Source of the DNA: Candidatus Hodarchaeota archaeon
GTDB lineage: Archaea; Asgardarchaeota; Heimdallarchaeia; Hodarchaeales; Hodarchaeaceae
NCBI GenBank assembly: GCA_016839785.1
Contig: JAEOTQ010000135.1
Coordinates: forward strand, 1 to 50,190
Reading direction: 5' to 3'
Length of the DNA stretch: 50,190 bases
Part shown: piece after piece, positions 27,389-37,380 of the stretch
Numbering within the stretch: the first letter of the stretch is position 1
Layout of the letters: each line of letters begins with the position of its first letter
Translations under genes and position numbers: made by a program
The notes under the pieces: generated by a model
The model's database searches: none
The model's input: the letters and a program-made list of their open reading frames with translations, nothing else
Told to the model about the DNA's origin: nothing

Positions 27389-28813
27389 ATGCTAGTGCCT
27401 CCTCGAATTAAAGAAACGAAAGATCCCGATAAACTTGTACGTTCCGGAATCTTCGCACTTAATAACAAAAAGTGGAAAAAAGCTGTACGGAAATTCGAAG
27501 TTGCCTTAAAAGATGAAGAAATGCAAAATAATGCAATCGTCTGGGCAAATTATGGGATTGCACTCACAAACTTGAAAAAACTATCAGAAGCACTTAGCGC
27601 TTTTTCAATTGCTGTTGAATTAGATAAAAAGAATGAAGCATTTTGGTCTAAAAAAGGATTAGTAGAATATCAGTTAGAACTTTATCGAGAAGCTGGGAGG
27701 AGTTTTTCTCGTGCTAAAAAACTCAACAAGTCGAATGATGAAATTCCAATATTAATTTCTCGAAGTTTACAGAAACAAGGAGAGCTTAAAAAAGCAATCA
27801 AGGCTTTGGAATCATCTCGGAAGAGCTATCCTGATTCAGCAAAAATACCAATCGAACTTGCACGAATCTGGGAAGAACAGGGGGAGCTTGAAAAAACTCT
27901 ATCAGTTCTTGAAAAGGCATTAAAGGAGACAAATCATCCTGACCCTGGTCTACTTCTCGGCCAACTTCTATTAGACAATCAAGAATATACTAAGGCAATT
28001 GAAATCTATCTATTGGTGTTAGAACGTTTCCCAGAATCATATCATGCACAATATGGAATCGGTGTTGCATATCATGCGAAAAAAGATTATCAAAAAGCGT
28101 TAGATAATTATCGAAGTGTGATTACTAATTACCAATCAACTAAACCTCCTCAGAGTCTCTATATTAATATCGCACGAGTACTTAGAGAGATGAGAAGACC
28201 AAAAGAAGCGATAGATGCATTGTTCCGAGCCAAAAAACTTGGTAAGCCTTCATTGGAGATATTTCTATTACTAGCAGATCTTTATATTGACACGGATCGT
28301 CCAGATAGAGCTAAACGATCCTTAGAAGATGCTGTACTGATGGATAAAACGAATCCTGCGCTTCGTTATTATCTTGGTATGACATTTTTAAAATTAGATT
28401 CATTCCATGAAGCAAAAAAGAGTTTTAAACAAAGTATTGAGTTGGATCCTTCTTTTCACGATAGTAAGATTCAATTAGCTATGCTAGCCATTCATGAAAA
28501 AAAATATAATGAAGCATATTCAATGGTAAATGATATTCTTGCATTAGACCCAAATCATGTCTCAGCTATGCGCCTTACGGCTCAGTTAGCGTTTGATTTG
28601 AGAGATTTTCGTCGTACAATCGAGATCCTCCAACCTTTTATTCAAAAAGATCCTTCTCACATCAAGGATCTTGAGATACTGTTAAACGCATGGTTAATAT
28701 TGAGCCAACCTGAAAAAGCACACAAATTTATGAATCAACTCATAAATCAAAATAAGGAATTACCCTCTCAACTAAAATCGATTGCATTTTTTGATCAATT
28801 CTTGGATAAGTAG
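27389..28813 (+). CDS. Tetratricopeptide repeat protein
   Basis: Many TPR units (W.NYG.AL, A..AF..A.ELD, YYLG.T, SIELDP). Confidence 0.92.
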   Translation: MLVPPRIKETKDPDKLVRSGIFALNNKKWKKAVRKFEVALKDEEMQNNAIVWANYGIALTNLKKLSEALSAFSIAVELDKKNEAFWSKKGLVEYQLELYREAGRSFSRAKKLNKSNDEIPILISRSLQKQGELKKAIKALESSRKSYPDSAKIPIELARIWEEQGELEKTLSVLEKALKETNHPDPGLLLGQLLLDNQEYTKAIEIYLLVLERFPESYHAQYGIGVAYHAKKDYQKALDNYRSVITNYQSTKPPQSLYINIARVLREMRRPKEAIDALFRAKKLGKPSLEIFLLLADLYIDTDRPDRAKRSLEDAVLMDKTNPALRYYLGMTFLKLDSFHEAKKSFKQSIELDPSFHDSKIQLAMLAIHEKKYNEAYSMVNDILALDPNHVSAMRLTAQLAFDLRDFRRTIEILQPFIQKDPSHIKDLEILLNAWLILSQPEKAHKFMNQLINQNKELPSQLKSIAFFDQFLDK

Positions 28814-28822
28814 GGAACCGAT

Positions 28823-29614
28823 TTGGCCTTGAATTTACAAGATAAGACACATATCTTAATGGATTGTGACGGAGTAGTATGGAGAGGGAACCAGGCAATA
28901 TCTGGAGCTAAAGAAGCATTAGATAATTTGGAAACTTTAGGATACAAATTAGGATTTGTAACTAACAATTCAAGTCTTTCACGTCGTGGATTTTTCGAGA
29001 AATTTATCACCTTAGGATTCCACGCAGAAGAATATTCAATTATCAATTCGGGTTACGGAGCAGCTGTTTATCTACAAGAAAATAGATTTACTAAAGTCTT
29101 TATGATCGGTGAAAAGGGATTACAGGAAGAATTAGAAAGTCTAGATTTATCAGTAACTGAAACTTATCATCAGGACTTACAGGCAGTTTGTATTGGATGG
29201 GATCGCAAATTGACATGGAGTAAATTAGCTGATGCTATGTGGGTAATTTTGAATAACGATGGACAGTTTGTAGGTACCAATCCTGATAACAGCTTTCCAT
29301 CTGTCGATAGACTAGTTCCTGGAGCAGGCGCAGGAATCGCAGCTCTAGCTAATGCATGTGGAAAAGATCCTGATATAATTATTGGGAAACCTAATCCATA
29401 TTTACTCAATTTAAGTTTGAAGGAGATGAATTGCTCCGATTCCACAAAAGCAGTCTTTATTGGTGATCGGTTATCGACTGATATTCAGGCTGGAATTCGA
29501 GCAAAAATTGATACAATACTGGTTCAAACTGGGATTTCCGATTATCATTTGAAAAAAACAATATTACCTACTTGTACTCTTGAATCACTTGCACAGATAG
29601 ATCAATTGATTTGA
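28823..29614 (+). CDS. HAD-superfamily IIA hydrolase (NagD/pNPPase-like)
   Basis: DCDGV, VTNNS, GTNPD, GKP, IGDRLSTDI..G. Confidence 0.95.
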   Translation: MALNLQDKTHILMDCDGVVWRGNQAISGAKEALDNLETLGYKLGFVTNNSSLSRRGFFEKFITLGFHAEEYSIINSGYGAAVYLQENRFTKVFMIGEKGLQEELESLDLSVTETYHQDLQAVCIGWDRKLTWSKLADAMWVILNNDGQFVGTNPDNSFPSVDRLVPGAGAGIAALANACGKDPDIIIGKPNPYLLNLSLKEMNCSDSTKAVFIGDRLSTDIQAGIRAKIDTILVQTGISDYHLKKTILPTCTLESLAQIDQLI

Positions 29615-29650
29615 AATTTTTTTATGATTCTACTAAAGGACTGATAATTC

Positions 29651-32383
29651 ATGCGAAGAAAAAGATATCCGCAGCTAAATAGTCTCATCTTGTTACTATT
29701 CTTATGTTTCCCACTTATAGGCAATTTCCTATTTACTACCACAATATCATTAGAAATAAGTTCACTCGATTTTGAAACATACAAAGAAGCAACAGCTTTA
29801 TCCAATCAGAATGATTTTCCCTCCTCTGTCCCATCTGATCTCTTAACAATCAAATCACCCATTTCGATAAGTAATTCTAATATAAATGAAAGCTTTGAAG
29901 TCAGATTGAATCTCACTAATCCGCTAATGAATCCCAATATAAAGGGTACGAATATTACAATCGCAATTCTTGACTCAGGGATAAACGATACAAACTGGAT
30001 CGGTGAAAATGTTATTATTGACCGTTTGAATGTTACACAATCTAATGTGTCAGCCTACGATAATATTGGTCATGGTTCACTTGTTGGAAGTATTATTTCC
30101 AAAATTGCTCCTGAAGCTCGATTGTTAAGTATTAAAGTTACAGATAAAACTGGTACCGCCACTAAAGAAGCTATTGAAACTGGTATTAATCTTGCACTTA
30201 CACACAATGTTTCTATAATTCATGCATCATTTGGTTCTTCTGATATATACGCATTCAATTCCTCTTTAATTTCAAGCATGATTGATAGAAATATTTCATT
30301 TATTGTATCAGCGGGAAATAGTGGCCCGTTCGGAAGTAGTATAACATCTCCCGCGATTTTCAATGAGGCTATTGCTGTTGGTATGACTTATAATGAGACC
30401 TATCTTCCTATTAGTTCATCAGTAGGTCCACGGCCAACAGGTTCTGTAGGCCCAGACCTTGTTGCTCCAGGGGTTTATATTCCATCTTATGTAAATGCTG
30501 ATGAATCTCAAAATGTTTCAGGTACCTCTTTTGCCTCTCCTTTCGTTACAGGCGCTGTAGCTCTTTTACGTCAAGCTTTTCCTAAAATCACACCTATGAC
30601 GATTAAAACTGCCCTTCTTTCATCAGCTAGCTTCATCGACGGTGTTTCACCCACTCAACAAGGTAATGGTCTTCTCAATATGACAAAGACTTTTACTGCT
30701 CTTGAAAAGATAAATGAAGCCCCTTTACTGACTTTCACACCTAGAGAAATATCTTCCGACTTTAACTACTTTGGTCAAGCAATAAATGGCCAAGATCAGA
30801 CTTATAATTTGGGGGTCTATTCCTCATTGAATGTTAATCTGACTAGGATGAATATCAGTGCTTTAAAGCCCATTCTTGCTGAAATACCTCATAATGACAG
30901 CTCTAATCTTGCAATCCCAATCAATGTGGGATTTAATTTAATAAAGTTATCAGTATTGATACCAAAAACACTCCCTATGAATGAATGGAACGGAATCATA
31001 GAATTTGATTTTAGATATAATAAGACCAATAGTTGGACTAATAGAACCAATAATTATTTGATTCAAAAAGGATTTCCAGTCTATATCGAAAATCGTTATC
31101 CTGGGGGACGGATTCTATTCTATCAAGGATATGATAATGATAGTTACATTCCGGATGGTCCAACAGGAACTTTCAGTCAACTTCACTTCTATCTCGAAGA
31201 CTTATATGGAATGCAAGTTGCTGGGGCAATTCGTTCAAATGCTGGGTTATCAATTTCCGGCCCTATTCAAGTAACGACATCTTCTCAAGGACATATTTCT
31301 GAGGAGGACCTAGCAAATTATGATACTCTTGTACTTGCTGACATTGAGATGGGATTAACAACAGAAGATATCAGTGTTATACATACCTGGGTTGATGAGG
31401 GTCATTCTCTACTTGTTCTGTCGTATCCTTCATTTAAATTTGGTCAAACTGAACTTCTTTCAAATCAAACAGCTATAAATGCACTATTAAATCCTTATGA
31501 TCTCTCAATAGAAGATGATCCATCCACACCGATAATGAGTCGATTTTCACAGGCCTTACTAGCCCTCTCGAGTCCAATCGATCCTTCTAACGAGTATTCT
31601 TTCGATTATAATGGTACCTCTATTGGAGTAGCTACAGGAGGTCATGCTGGAATACTTGCTACTGCAACAAATGTATTAGATAATTCAGAAGACATCCCCA
31701 TTGCAGGTTTTTGGCATAATCCTGACACAAATGGAAAAGTTGTCGTCTTTGGAGGTTTAGAACCATTCACTGATATTAATTTCTTCTCACCTAATTTGCA
31801 GGGAAATTTCTTCATTGCATCTCAGACATTTCGTTGGCTAATCAAGGATCAAGAAATCCCCATGAAACTAACTCTATCATCAAATCCAAGTGTGCAGACA
31901 TCCACCAAGATTCAAATAACATTCCCAAATACCGAACCTTCAGGAAATTTCAATGGCACAATAGTTGAAGAAAACGGGTCTTATTCACAAATTCTCTTTA
32001 AATACTCCATTAACACCTTTGTAGGTACTTGGAAACCAAATATACTAGGAAACGCGGTACTGTGGTTAAATATTCATTTGGAAGGTTATGCACCAACAAA
32101 TGGCATTTTTATTTTATCTGTTAGCGATACAGCTGCTCAACAACTATTCTTCTATATCTTCCTAGGCATTTTCGTGGTATTCGGGGTCGTATATTTTTGG
32201 GTTTCCTCTCGTCGAACTAAACCTAGGCTTACACTACAAGAACAGCTATCGATGCAATATAGAAAGCCTAGTACTCAGATTGGGACTAAGACGTTGGAAC
32301 CACGAGAGATCTGTTCACGATGCCGGACTCCCCGTCACAATAATAATTCAACTTATTGCTTCAAATGCGGGAAAGAATTGTGA
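29651..32383 (+). CDS. Membrane-anchored S8 subtilase with site-1-protease-like C-terminal domain and cytoplasmic zinc ribbon
   Basis: Signal/TM; triad ILDSG, GHGS, GTSFASP and oxyanion SAGNSG; C-terminal TM; CSRC...YCFKCG. Confidence 0.9.
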   Translation: MRRKRYPQLNSLILLLFLCFPLIGNFLFTTTISLEISSLDFETYKEATALSNQNDFPSSVPSDLLTIKSPISISNSNINESFEVRLNLTNPLMNPNIKGTNITIAILDSGINDTNWIGENVIIDRLNVTQSNVSAYDNIGHGSLVGSIISKIAPEARLLSIKVTDKTGTATKEAIETGINLALTHNVSIIHASFGSSDIYAFNSSLISSMIDRNISFIVSAGNSGPFGSSITSPAIFNEAIAVGMTYNETYLPISSSVGPRPTGSVGPDLVAPGVYIPSYVNADESQNVSGTSFASPFVTGAVALLRQAFPKITPMTIKTALLSSASFIDGVSPTQQGNGLLNMTKTFTALEKINEAPLLTFTPREISSDFNYFGQAINGQDQTYNLGVYSSLNVNLTRMNISALKPILAEIPHNDSSNLAIPINVGFNLIKLSVLIPKTLPMNEWNGIIEFDFRYNKTNSWTNRTNNYLIQKGFPVYIENRYPGGRILFYQGYDNDSYIPDGPTGTFSQLHFYLEDLYGMQVAGAIRSNAGLSISGPIQVTTSSQGHISEEDLANYDTLVLADIEMGLTTEDISVIHTWVDEGHSLLVLSYPSFKFGQTELLSNQTAINALLNPYDLSIEDDPSTPIMSRFSQALLALSSPIDPSNEYSFDYNGTSIGVATGGHAGILATATNVLDNSEDIPIAGFWHNPDTNGKVVVFGGLEPFTDINFFSPNLQGNFFIASQTFRWLIKDQEIPMKLTLSSNPSVQTSTKIQITFPNTEPSGNFNGTIVEENGSYSQILFKYSINTFVGTWKPNILGNAVLWLNIHLEGYAPTNGIFILSVSDTAAQQLFFYIFLGIFVVFGVVYFWVSSRRTKPRLTLQEQLSMQYRKPSTQIGTKTLEPREICSRCRTPRHNNNSTYCFKCGKEL

Positions 32384-33288
32384 AACTTATAACACATATC
32401 GATTTCGACGGGATATGTTGTGCCGCACTTTTTATTCGCAAATTTGGAAGTTCTGTGGATATTACTTATGCTACTGTTCAAGAGGCAAAGCAATTATCTA
32501 AAGATAATTTTCAGGTGGATTATACCTGTGATCTTCCCAAAGTTTCACAATCGGTCAATATAGATCATCATAAAACGAATTATGAGGATCTATACAACTC
32601 CAATCGCATAACTAACAAGGATTTAGTTGTACCAAACGCACCTTCTGCGACAGATCTTGTTTACGATTATTTTGCTTATCCAAATGATCCGATTGCTGAA
32701 GAAATCAAAGAATTAGGTCATCTTGCTGATATTGCTCTCCTTCCAGCGGAGTACAAACCCCTTGATATAGTACTCAATATGAATGTAGAGGATTTGTCTT
32801 TTCTTAGAGACATTAGTGAACTTTTAGCGAAAAAAGGTAGGATGATATTAGAGACTCAATGGTTGAAAGATCATCATTCTAAAGTCGTAGCAGCTTACCA
32901 CAAGACTCATCAAGTCATAAAATCGTTCTTAGACACTCATTCCCTGATTCCTCGTGTCGTAATCATTGATTCACGAAACATAATTCCAGGAAAACTTGCT
33001 AAAGAAGTTTTCAAACCGTTATTTGATCGAGGCACCGTTATTATCGCATTGATTTATAAAAAGTCTAATAATGAGCCCACAAGAGTTAGTTTTCGTGTTA
33101 CCAAGACCGAACAGGAAAAATATGATGTTTCAGCGGTAGCAAAACATTTCGGGGGTGGGGGACATCGCATGGCTGCAGCTTGTACTCCTAATCTTTCAGA
33201 TATCCCTGATGAAATAATTAACCAGTTAAAAACAATCATGAAAACGACCGATACGGTGGAATTCTTCTCTCTTGGTACCAATATGTAA
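32380..33288 (+). CDS. DHH/DHHA1 family phosphoesterase (NrnA-like)
   Basis: THIDFDG, CDL, IDHH, SFR, FGGGGHRMAA; GTG start overlapping the S8 stop (GTGA). Confidence 0.9.
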   Translation: MKLITHIDFDGICCAALFIRKFGSSVDITYATVQEAKQLSKDNFQVDYTCDLPKVSQSVNIDHHKTNYEDLYNSNRITNKDLVVPNAPSATDLVYDYFAYPNDPIAEEIKELGHLADIALLPAEYKPLDIVLNMNVEDLSFLRDISELLAKKGRMILETQWLKDHHSKVVAAYHKTHQVIKSFLDTHSLIPRVVIIDSRNIIPGKLAKEVFKPLFDRGTVIIALIYKKSNNEPTRVSFRVTKTEQEKYDVSAVAKHFGGGGHRMAAACTPNLSDIPDEIINQLKTIMKTTDTVEFFSLGTNM

Positions 33289-33427
33289 TTGCTATGGAGA
33301 TTTCATTCAGGGTATAGTTCATCGTTCGTTTTCTGGCTACAGATTAATAAATGAAATTCAGAGAGTTTTGTTGTCCTAGTCTTTTTTGACATAAACAAAT
33401 TTCACTCATGATAGTAGGTAATTCAAG

Positions 33428-34630
33428 TTGAAGATTGGCATTTTTACGGATTCATGGGTTCCTAATGTTAACGGTGTCGTCATATCAATTATCAATGAGG
33501 TTCAATCCCTCAGGGATAAGCATGAATTCGCAATCTTTGCACCGAAATTACGACAAAGTATTCCCTTCCAAATTGAGGGAATTCCAATCTATGAATTTCC
33601 AAGTGTCCCTTTTCCGCCATATCCAGGATACAATGTCGCTTTTCCAAGTTTGGGACTATCAAAAATCTTACACAAAGAAAAATTTGATCTTATTCACTGT
33701 CACTCCCCTTTCTCTCTCGGTTACTTTGCCACATTAACAGCCAGAAAATTTTATGATATCCCACTTCTTAATACTTATCATACTCACCTTGTGGAATATT
33801 CTGCTCATTTAGTTGGAGGATTCTATGCTGACAAGATAACAGCAATTCTAGAGGAAGCTGTTTGGCTGTACATTCGCTGGTTTTACAAATATTCAGATGT
33901 TATTGTTACACCGTCTAAAACACTACAATATGACTTACGTAAACATGGGGTGAAACCCCCTGTTTATTCCTTACCTAATATGATTTCCAAAGTATTTCTG
34001 ACTAATACGAAAGATACACAAGATGATATTGATCTCCAAGATGGAATTCGTAAAGAATATGGAATTAAGCCTTCGGCGAAAATAATTATTTATTGTGGAC
34101 GAGTTTCCTATGAGAAAAAACTTGAAGTATTACTGGAGGCATATAAAAGTATACACGGCTCTTATTCAGATAGTTTTCTCCTTATTGTGGGCGATGGCCC
34201 TCACCTAAAAACATATCAGAATCTGGCTGTAGAGTTAAAACTAAAAAATTGTGCATTTACAGGATTTATTAGTCATACAAAGTTACCAGCAGTATATCGA
34301 ATGGCTGATTTCATGGTAACTCCGAGTGATACTGAAACCCAAGGTTTAACTGTTCTAGAGGCAATGAGTCAAGGTTTACCAGTAGTAGGCGTGTCTGGGG
34401 GTGGTGTGGTTGATTATATTTCCCATCAACAAAACGGTTTGTTATCTCCACCAGGAGAAGTGTCAGGATTTGCCTCATCTATGAAAAAACTACTTGAAGA
34501 ACCTGATACAACGAAAAATTATTCGTATAACGCAATTAAAACTGCAAATAAATTCTCCTCTAAAGGATACACTTCTTTACTTGAAAAAGCGTTCCGATTA
34601 GCCCGTACACTTCATGCACAAAAAGATTAA
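33428..34630 (+). CDS. GT4 glycosyltransferase, monoglucosyl-diacylglycerol synthase-like
   Basis: KIGIFTDS..P.VNGV, HCHSPF, TYHT, GRVSYEK, ETQGLTVLEAM. Confidence 0.92.
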   Translation: MKIGIFTDSWVPNVNGVVISIINEVQSLRDKHEFAIFAPKLRQSIPFQIEGIPIYEFPSVPFPPYPGYNVAFPSLGLSKILHKEKFDLIHCHSPFSLGYFATLTARKFYDIPLLNTYHTHLVEYSAHLVGGFYADKITAILEEAVWLYIRWFYKYSDVIVTPSKTLQYDLRKHGVKPPVYSLPNMISKVFLTNTKDTQDDIDLQDGIRKEYGIKPSAKIIIYCGRVSYEKKLEVLLEAYKSIHGSYSDSFLLIVGDGPHLKTYQNLAVELKLKNCAFTGFISHTKLPAVYRMADFMVTPSDTETQGLTVLEAMSQGLPVVGVSGGGVVDYISHQQNGLLSPPGEVSGFASSMKKLLEEPDTTKNYSYNAIKTANKFSSKGYTSLLEKAFRLARTLHAQKD

Positions 34631-34760
34631 ATTCGCAATGTGCTTGTTAAACTAAATTCCTTCCAGTTTTTTGAATTTCAGACTCAGGATATACATTTTT
34701 ATTACGGTCTAGTATTAAACTCGTCTTACAAATGAATTGTAAATATCAAATGAAAATCAA

Positions 34761-35216
34761 GTGAAAGATGCGATTATTATGGCTTTACAACAAAACAACT
34801 CAGGAGACATTGAATCGCTGTTATTATTAATAATAGCGGTCATATTAGTTACTATAATCCTCTATGTCAGTGCACGTCTAATTGCAGGGAAAAAGGATAC
34901 TGATTCTGGATATATCATCCGTTTAGTGCTCATAGCAATAATTATTGTAATTTTGGTTGCCGTTGTTATCGGTGCAATTGTAAGTAGTGTTAGTGCTGTA
35001 CCATTTATCTCAACAGCTGCATTTCAGCTAGTACCTGTATTAATTTATCTTGCTATCGTGTATTTGCTCAAATATCTGCTTATCCCAGAGAAAGCTGAAT
35101 CAACAAACTGGCATGGTTCAATTTGGATTGCAGTTATCACATTATTCCTAATATATTTGATAAATGCAGTTGCAATAGAATTGGGTTTTCCTGCTCTTAT
35201 TGATGCGGGAATTTAA
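34761..35216 (+). CDS. 4-TM membrane protein, unknown function
   Basis: Strongly hydrophobic ORF. Confidence 0.75.
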   Translation: MKDAIIMALQQNNSGDIESLLLLIIAVILVTIILYVSARLIAGKKDTDSGYIIRLVLIAIIIVILVAVVIGAIVSSVSAVPFISTAAFQLVPVLIYLAIVYLLKYLLIPEKAESTNWHGSIWIAVITLFLIYLINAVAIELGFPALIDAGI

Positions 35217-35382
35217 CCTCATCTTTCTTTTAATTTCAACAAATTTAATCCAAAATAGAATTCCAAAGATGCTTATGGAATGAAATTGTGAATAGGTTTC
35301 ATTATAAAAGCTAAAAATTATCAATATTCCAGACTGCTGTGAGGTAGAGCTTTCAGACATGAAATAGATAGGACGTATTAAA

Positions 35383-36201
35383 ATGTATAAAATCTCACGT
35401 TCCAACCCTAGATTTTCTAATTATCCACTTGGTTTACTTCGATCTTTAGTAGTGATATCGGATTGGGTTTCATTTGCTGATGAAACTAATAATATGACTA
35501 ATAAATGGTCTTACAAGAACCAATCCATCCAAACTATCAAAAACTCGAGTGTAATATTTATTCCAGTTGATTTCGCTCGTGTAATCCAAAATGGTAGTTC
35601 TTATATATTGCTCTATGGCGCTGGTATTTATTGGACTAATTTTTCTATTACTAGTCCGCATAGTATAACAACCGATCATCGGTACCTTACTGGCCTTTTG
35701 CTTCCTGAAAATAAATGGCTAGATAATCATTTTAACACCGAACCTTTCATTTTCCCTCCTGGAAACGATTTTATTGCAAGTGATCATATGTTAGAATTCC
35801 CATTCACTTCCCTAGGTGAACAAGATGATATTGCAGGGCAACGAAGACGGGCTTTTGGACGAGGCATTATCCTAGCACAATTAGTTTTTCCTTTTAAAGA
35901 ACCCCTACTAATGTTACGAAAAGCGACGGAAGGATACAATGAATTTGATACCCCCGACTCACCTATGCGAGTTTTGATTTCTGAATATGACAACCAAGAG
36001 AGAATAAATCAGATTGCAGTCGAAAAACCAGATGTAAAATATGAACTATCAATTCCTGGGATTAAGTCAATAAAGGCCGATCTTCTAAATTTCTTCCCTG
36101 AGAAATGGAGCAATGAAGTATATTTGAATGGCCTCCGGAGAGAAATTTCAAAGATTGCAAAGGATTTTGCCTTCATCGGAGCTCCCCTGATTCTTAAATA
36201 A
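35383..36201 (+). CDS. Hypothetical protein (start may be ATG 35494)
   Basis: Long open frame, no recognisable motif. Confidence 0.7.
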   Translation: MYKISRSNPRFSNYPLGLLRSLVVISDWVSFADETNNMTNKWSYKNQSIQTIKNSSVIFIPVDFARVIQNGSSYILLYGAGIYWTNFSITSPHSITTDHRYLTGLLLPENKWLDNHFNTEPFIFPPGNDFIASDHMLEFPFTSLGEQDDIAGQRRRAFGRGIILAQLVFPFKEPLLMLRKATEGYNEFDTPDSPMRVLISEYDNQERINQIAVEKPDVKYELSIPGIKSIKADLLNFFPEKWSNEVYLNGLRREISKIAKDFAFIGAPLILK

Positions 36202-36321
36202 ACTTTTCAGAAATCTTTGGTTCTATAAAAAACAAAACTAATGAAAAGTCTAGAATTTAGCGATAAAAACTTTTTAAGGAATACACTTCATAGTAATTTG
36301 TTTTAATCCAATCACCTTCAG

Positions 36322-36669
36322 GTGGATCGAAAGATGGCACTTCTTTGGAGTGAAGACCAAACGGAGTTATTAAATTACTCCTTGAGAAATTTTTTAATGT
36401 CATTACATGACATTGATCGATTCAAATCAAGATATTATTACTTAGCTACACCTTTCAGTAGAGGTTACAGATTTTTTGACGTAGAAAATCAATCTCTTCA
36501 AGAAACAATAATAAATGCATTAGAAATTCTTAATGAACAAGAAATTGATCGAATTAACGTAGAAAATGATGGTGGATTTCCAATATTAACTATTTTCTTA
36601 GAAACAGGCCCCACAGTCATAATAGAAGATTACGTATCTGGTAAACCTCTAGCAAATGTCAAATTATAA
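36322..36669 (+). CDS. Hypothetical protein
   Basis: 115-aa ORF filling the gap, protein-like composition. Confidence 0.65.
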   Translation: MDRKMALLWSEDQTELLNYSLRNFLMSLHDIDRFKSRYYYLATPFSRGYRFFDVENQSLQETIINALEILNEQEIDRINVENDGGFPILTIFLETGPTVIIEDYVSGKPLANVKL

Positions 36670-36709
36670 TGTGTGAGTAATTCATTCCGATCAGTGAAAA
36701 GAAATTATG

Positions 36710-37246
36710 CTAGAAGAGATCGTTTTGTTCACTTAATTTCAATCTTAATAAATCAGTTCCAGCCGAACGGACTTGATCGAATTTTTGGAATCCAATATTC
36801 GTATAAAAACTCATTGCGGCCTTATTATTCTGTTGTACACCTAATTCAATGGCTTGAATTCCATCCTCTTTACACTCATCTATTAAATGGGTCATAACTT
36901 GACTACCAATAGCGTTCCGTTGCTTTTCTTTTTTTAAAACAATAGCTGTAATCCATAATGTACTTATCTCCTTATTCATCCAGAGAAATCCAATGTTTTG
37001 TCTTGTATCTTGTATGAGTAGAACATGGTGAGATTTGAGACTCAGTGCTTCATTAATATCCTTAAACCAACTCTCCCATCGAAATTTTCCATTCCAAGCT
37101 ATATTTACTATTTCATCCATTTCGGTATGAAATAACTCCTCGATAAAATCCATATCATTTAGTGTGGCTTTTATTAGTGATAAAGGTGGATTCTCTGAAA
37201 TCTGAACTTTTTCTCCAGTTAACATCTTTGTTAGTCTCATTACCAC
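36710..37246 (-). CDS. GNAT family N-acetyltransferase
   Basis: QRNAIGS, V...N.AA.SFY..IGF. Confidence 0.85.
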   Translation of the reverse strand: MVMRLTKMLTGEKVQISENPPLSLIKATLNDMDFIEELFHTEMDEIVNIAWNGKFRWESWFKDINEALSLKSHHVLLIQDTRQNIGFLWMNKEISTLWITAIVLKKEKQRNAIGSQVMTHLIDECKEDGIQAIELGVQQNNKAAMSFYTNIGFQKFDQVRSAGTDLLRLKLSEQNDLF

Positions 37247-37380
37247 TGGAATAATTATTCCTTATTTTCGACAAATTAACTGCATTTAAAAATTATAGGC
37301 TAATGCATATTTTAGTAAAGAAAATATTACGTAATCTCATTATTTACATTTCTGTTTTACTGGAAGTGTTTATTCATCAC

